This document shows positions 62,240 to 64,000 of a DNA stretch of 64,000 nucleotides, one piece after another. The position numbers and the translations under genes were made by a program. The notes beneath the pieces are model-generated. The model saw only the letters and a program-made list of their open reading frames with translations, had not been told where the DNA came from and did no database searches. Each line of letters opens with the position of its first letter. The first letter of the stretch is position 1. Source of the DNA: Octopus bimaculoides (lineage: Eukaryota); the NCBI RefSeq assembly GCF_001194135.2, contig NC_068983.1:167428335-167492334 (forward strand), in the 5' to 3' direction.

Positions 62240-63730
62240 TTAACAATAACCACACTTCTACAATGGAATAATTTTTAATGATTGTTGTTCTTTTGTGATT
62301 GTTACAAATTGATCGCTCTACACATGTCGATTAATGCAATCAATTACATTAGATCTATCACCAGCATCATCATGGAGAAAGTAATAGAGATCATTATTCA
62401 GGCTTGGATAACAGTTGTCAAATATAATCCAGGGATCAATAAGAAATCTATCGACCTCTTCAATGTTACCATGGGTGCCCAGGTCTCTATTGGAAACAGG
62501 CTATCTCATTGGCCTCTACTTAATGGAAATGCACTTGCTTGGAATCATGGGAAGTCTTTATTGGCATGACAAGCTTTTAATTCTAAATATTGTCAATCCA
62601 TTTACAACCAATAGATACTTCTTTAAAGATTTAGAATTCCAAATAACTGACAAAGTCCATCTCACAAATGCCAATTATCTGGTCATCACAAATTCCTTTC
62701 ATTACCAATTCCACAAACCTAATGAAACACTAAATAATATCTTTGAATATTCTGTTAGCAGTAGTCCCTTGGGGAAAGCCTCACTATTTTTGCTGCCTGT
62801 GTTGCACGTCTCCAAATCTATGACTTTTTTTCCTTTCCAGATCCTCAACTTAGCCTACATACTCATCAAGTGTGTAAATACCTTCATTCATTCAAAATGA
62901 TGGAGCCACTACCCTTAACAATATCTCTTGCATTGCACTCAAACACTGTATCCCATATCTAGCCCTTATTCTCATCAAATTCTTCAATCTTTTCCTCTCT
63001 GCAGGGATCTACCCTGGTTTCTAGAAACATGCTACAGTGTGTCTCATTCTCAAGAACTGAAATCTCTCCGACCCTGCCAACCCTTGGCCTATTGTATTTA
63101 CTTTTAATATCTATAAGATGATAGAGGCAACTATTAGAAACGACATCCTCCAACACTTTGAACTTCTCTTTCTCTCTCTGTCTCTCACTTTCTCCTTAAC
63201 GAGCACTGGTATGATCCACCAGTGACCTACACATCTATATCACCCACTAGTGGACTCTCACATTGAAACATTTGATGAAAATAACGTTGTCATCCTCAAT
63301 ATCAGGAAAACTTTTAACTGTGTTAGGTATATGAATACTCTGTGACAACACCCCATTAACAGGTTCAATCCATCTTTCATTTCTTGGATTAGAAACTTCC
63401 TAACAGGTCTCTATTACAATATCTATCGACAAAGTTCTTTCTGTCTCTCATTCTATCAATTCCAGCATGCCCCAGGCTTCAGTCTTATTTCCCTTCAAAA
63501 GATCCCTTCTAAAGATCAATGATTTAACTTGCCTTCATGTCTAGCAACACTCTGCTTATGTAGATGATACTACCCTTCATCCATGAACAGAGACCTTCAA
63601 AGCATCTTCCAATAGCAAGAAAAAACAAATGCTTCTCATATCAAAGAAACATCATTGCACCATTATCACCCTTAACTGTGAGCTGCACACAACCAGAGCC
63701 CTCACAATCAGTTCAAGTGTTAGGCTTCAC
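62240..63730 (+). mobile_element. Highly degraded CR1/L2-like LINE (APE end plus RT)
   Basis: Residual motifs such as DIRKTFNCV, SWIRNFL, PQASVL and YVDDT. Many stops. Confidence 0.55.
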
Positions 63731-63744
63731 TATCACTATCATCA

Positions 63745-64000
63745 GTGTAGGAGAGAGAATCGTGATGTCATGGGAGAGAAATATGTTCGCATGGATGATG
63801 GTACACTTGCACTAAACGAGGCTGCAAAGAGAGAGGTTTGGAGACGCCACTATGAAAGATTGCTCAACAAAGAGAATGAATGGGAGAAAGAGAGTCTGCC
63901 AAATGTCGACCCAACTGAGGGACCAGCTATCCGAGTTGACAGTTCCATGGTAGATAAAGCAATTAAGAGTATGAAGACAGGGAAAGCCCCCGGCCCATCA
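63745..64000 (+). mobile_element. RTE LINE fragment, runs off the window end
   Basis: EKYVRMDDGTLALNEAAKREVWRRHYERLLNKENEW...AIKSMKTGKAPGPS. Confidence 0.9.

Overview
AT-rich, repeat-dense animal genomic DNA with several N-gaps. The SINE/LINE families and microsatellites look like octopus (cephalopod); that assignment is my inference. Two genes are well supported and sit head-to-head with only 204 bp between their start codons. SF3A1 (minus, 13056-15467) has an intronless CDS and one 5'UTR intron. RPL13A (plus, 7 coding exons, 15672-25874, 203 aa) has a 5'TOP/TCT start. RPL13A introns hold six box C/D snoRNAs: three U33-like copies in intron 4 and three U34-like copies in intron 5. Two U33-like copies share a changed base at the guide position that selects the methylated nucleotide, which suggests retargeting. 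Intron 3 has a perfect TACTAAC branch point and acceptor leading to a premature stop (candidate poison exon), followed by a GC-rich hairpin. The rest is mostly decayed transposons: RTE, R4/Dong, Tx1-like and CR1-like LINEs, tRNA-derived SINEs, a full-length dead mariner, a fold-back mariner made of two 5' ends, and a MITE. There is also a complete minimal hammerhead ribozyme at about 61.2 kb and a speculative 4-exon gene for a 74-aa KKxx membrane microprotein (31.8-46.6 kb). All comparisons to human or rRNA sequences are from memory; no database search or folding program was run.
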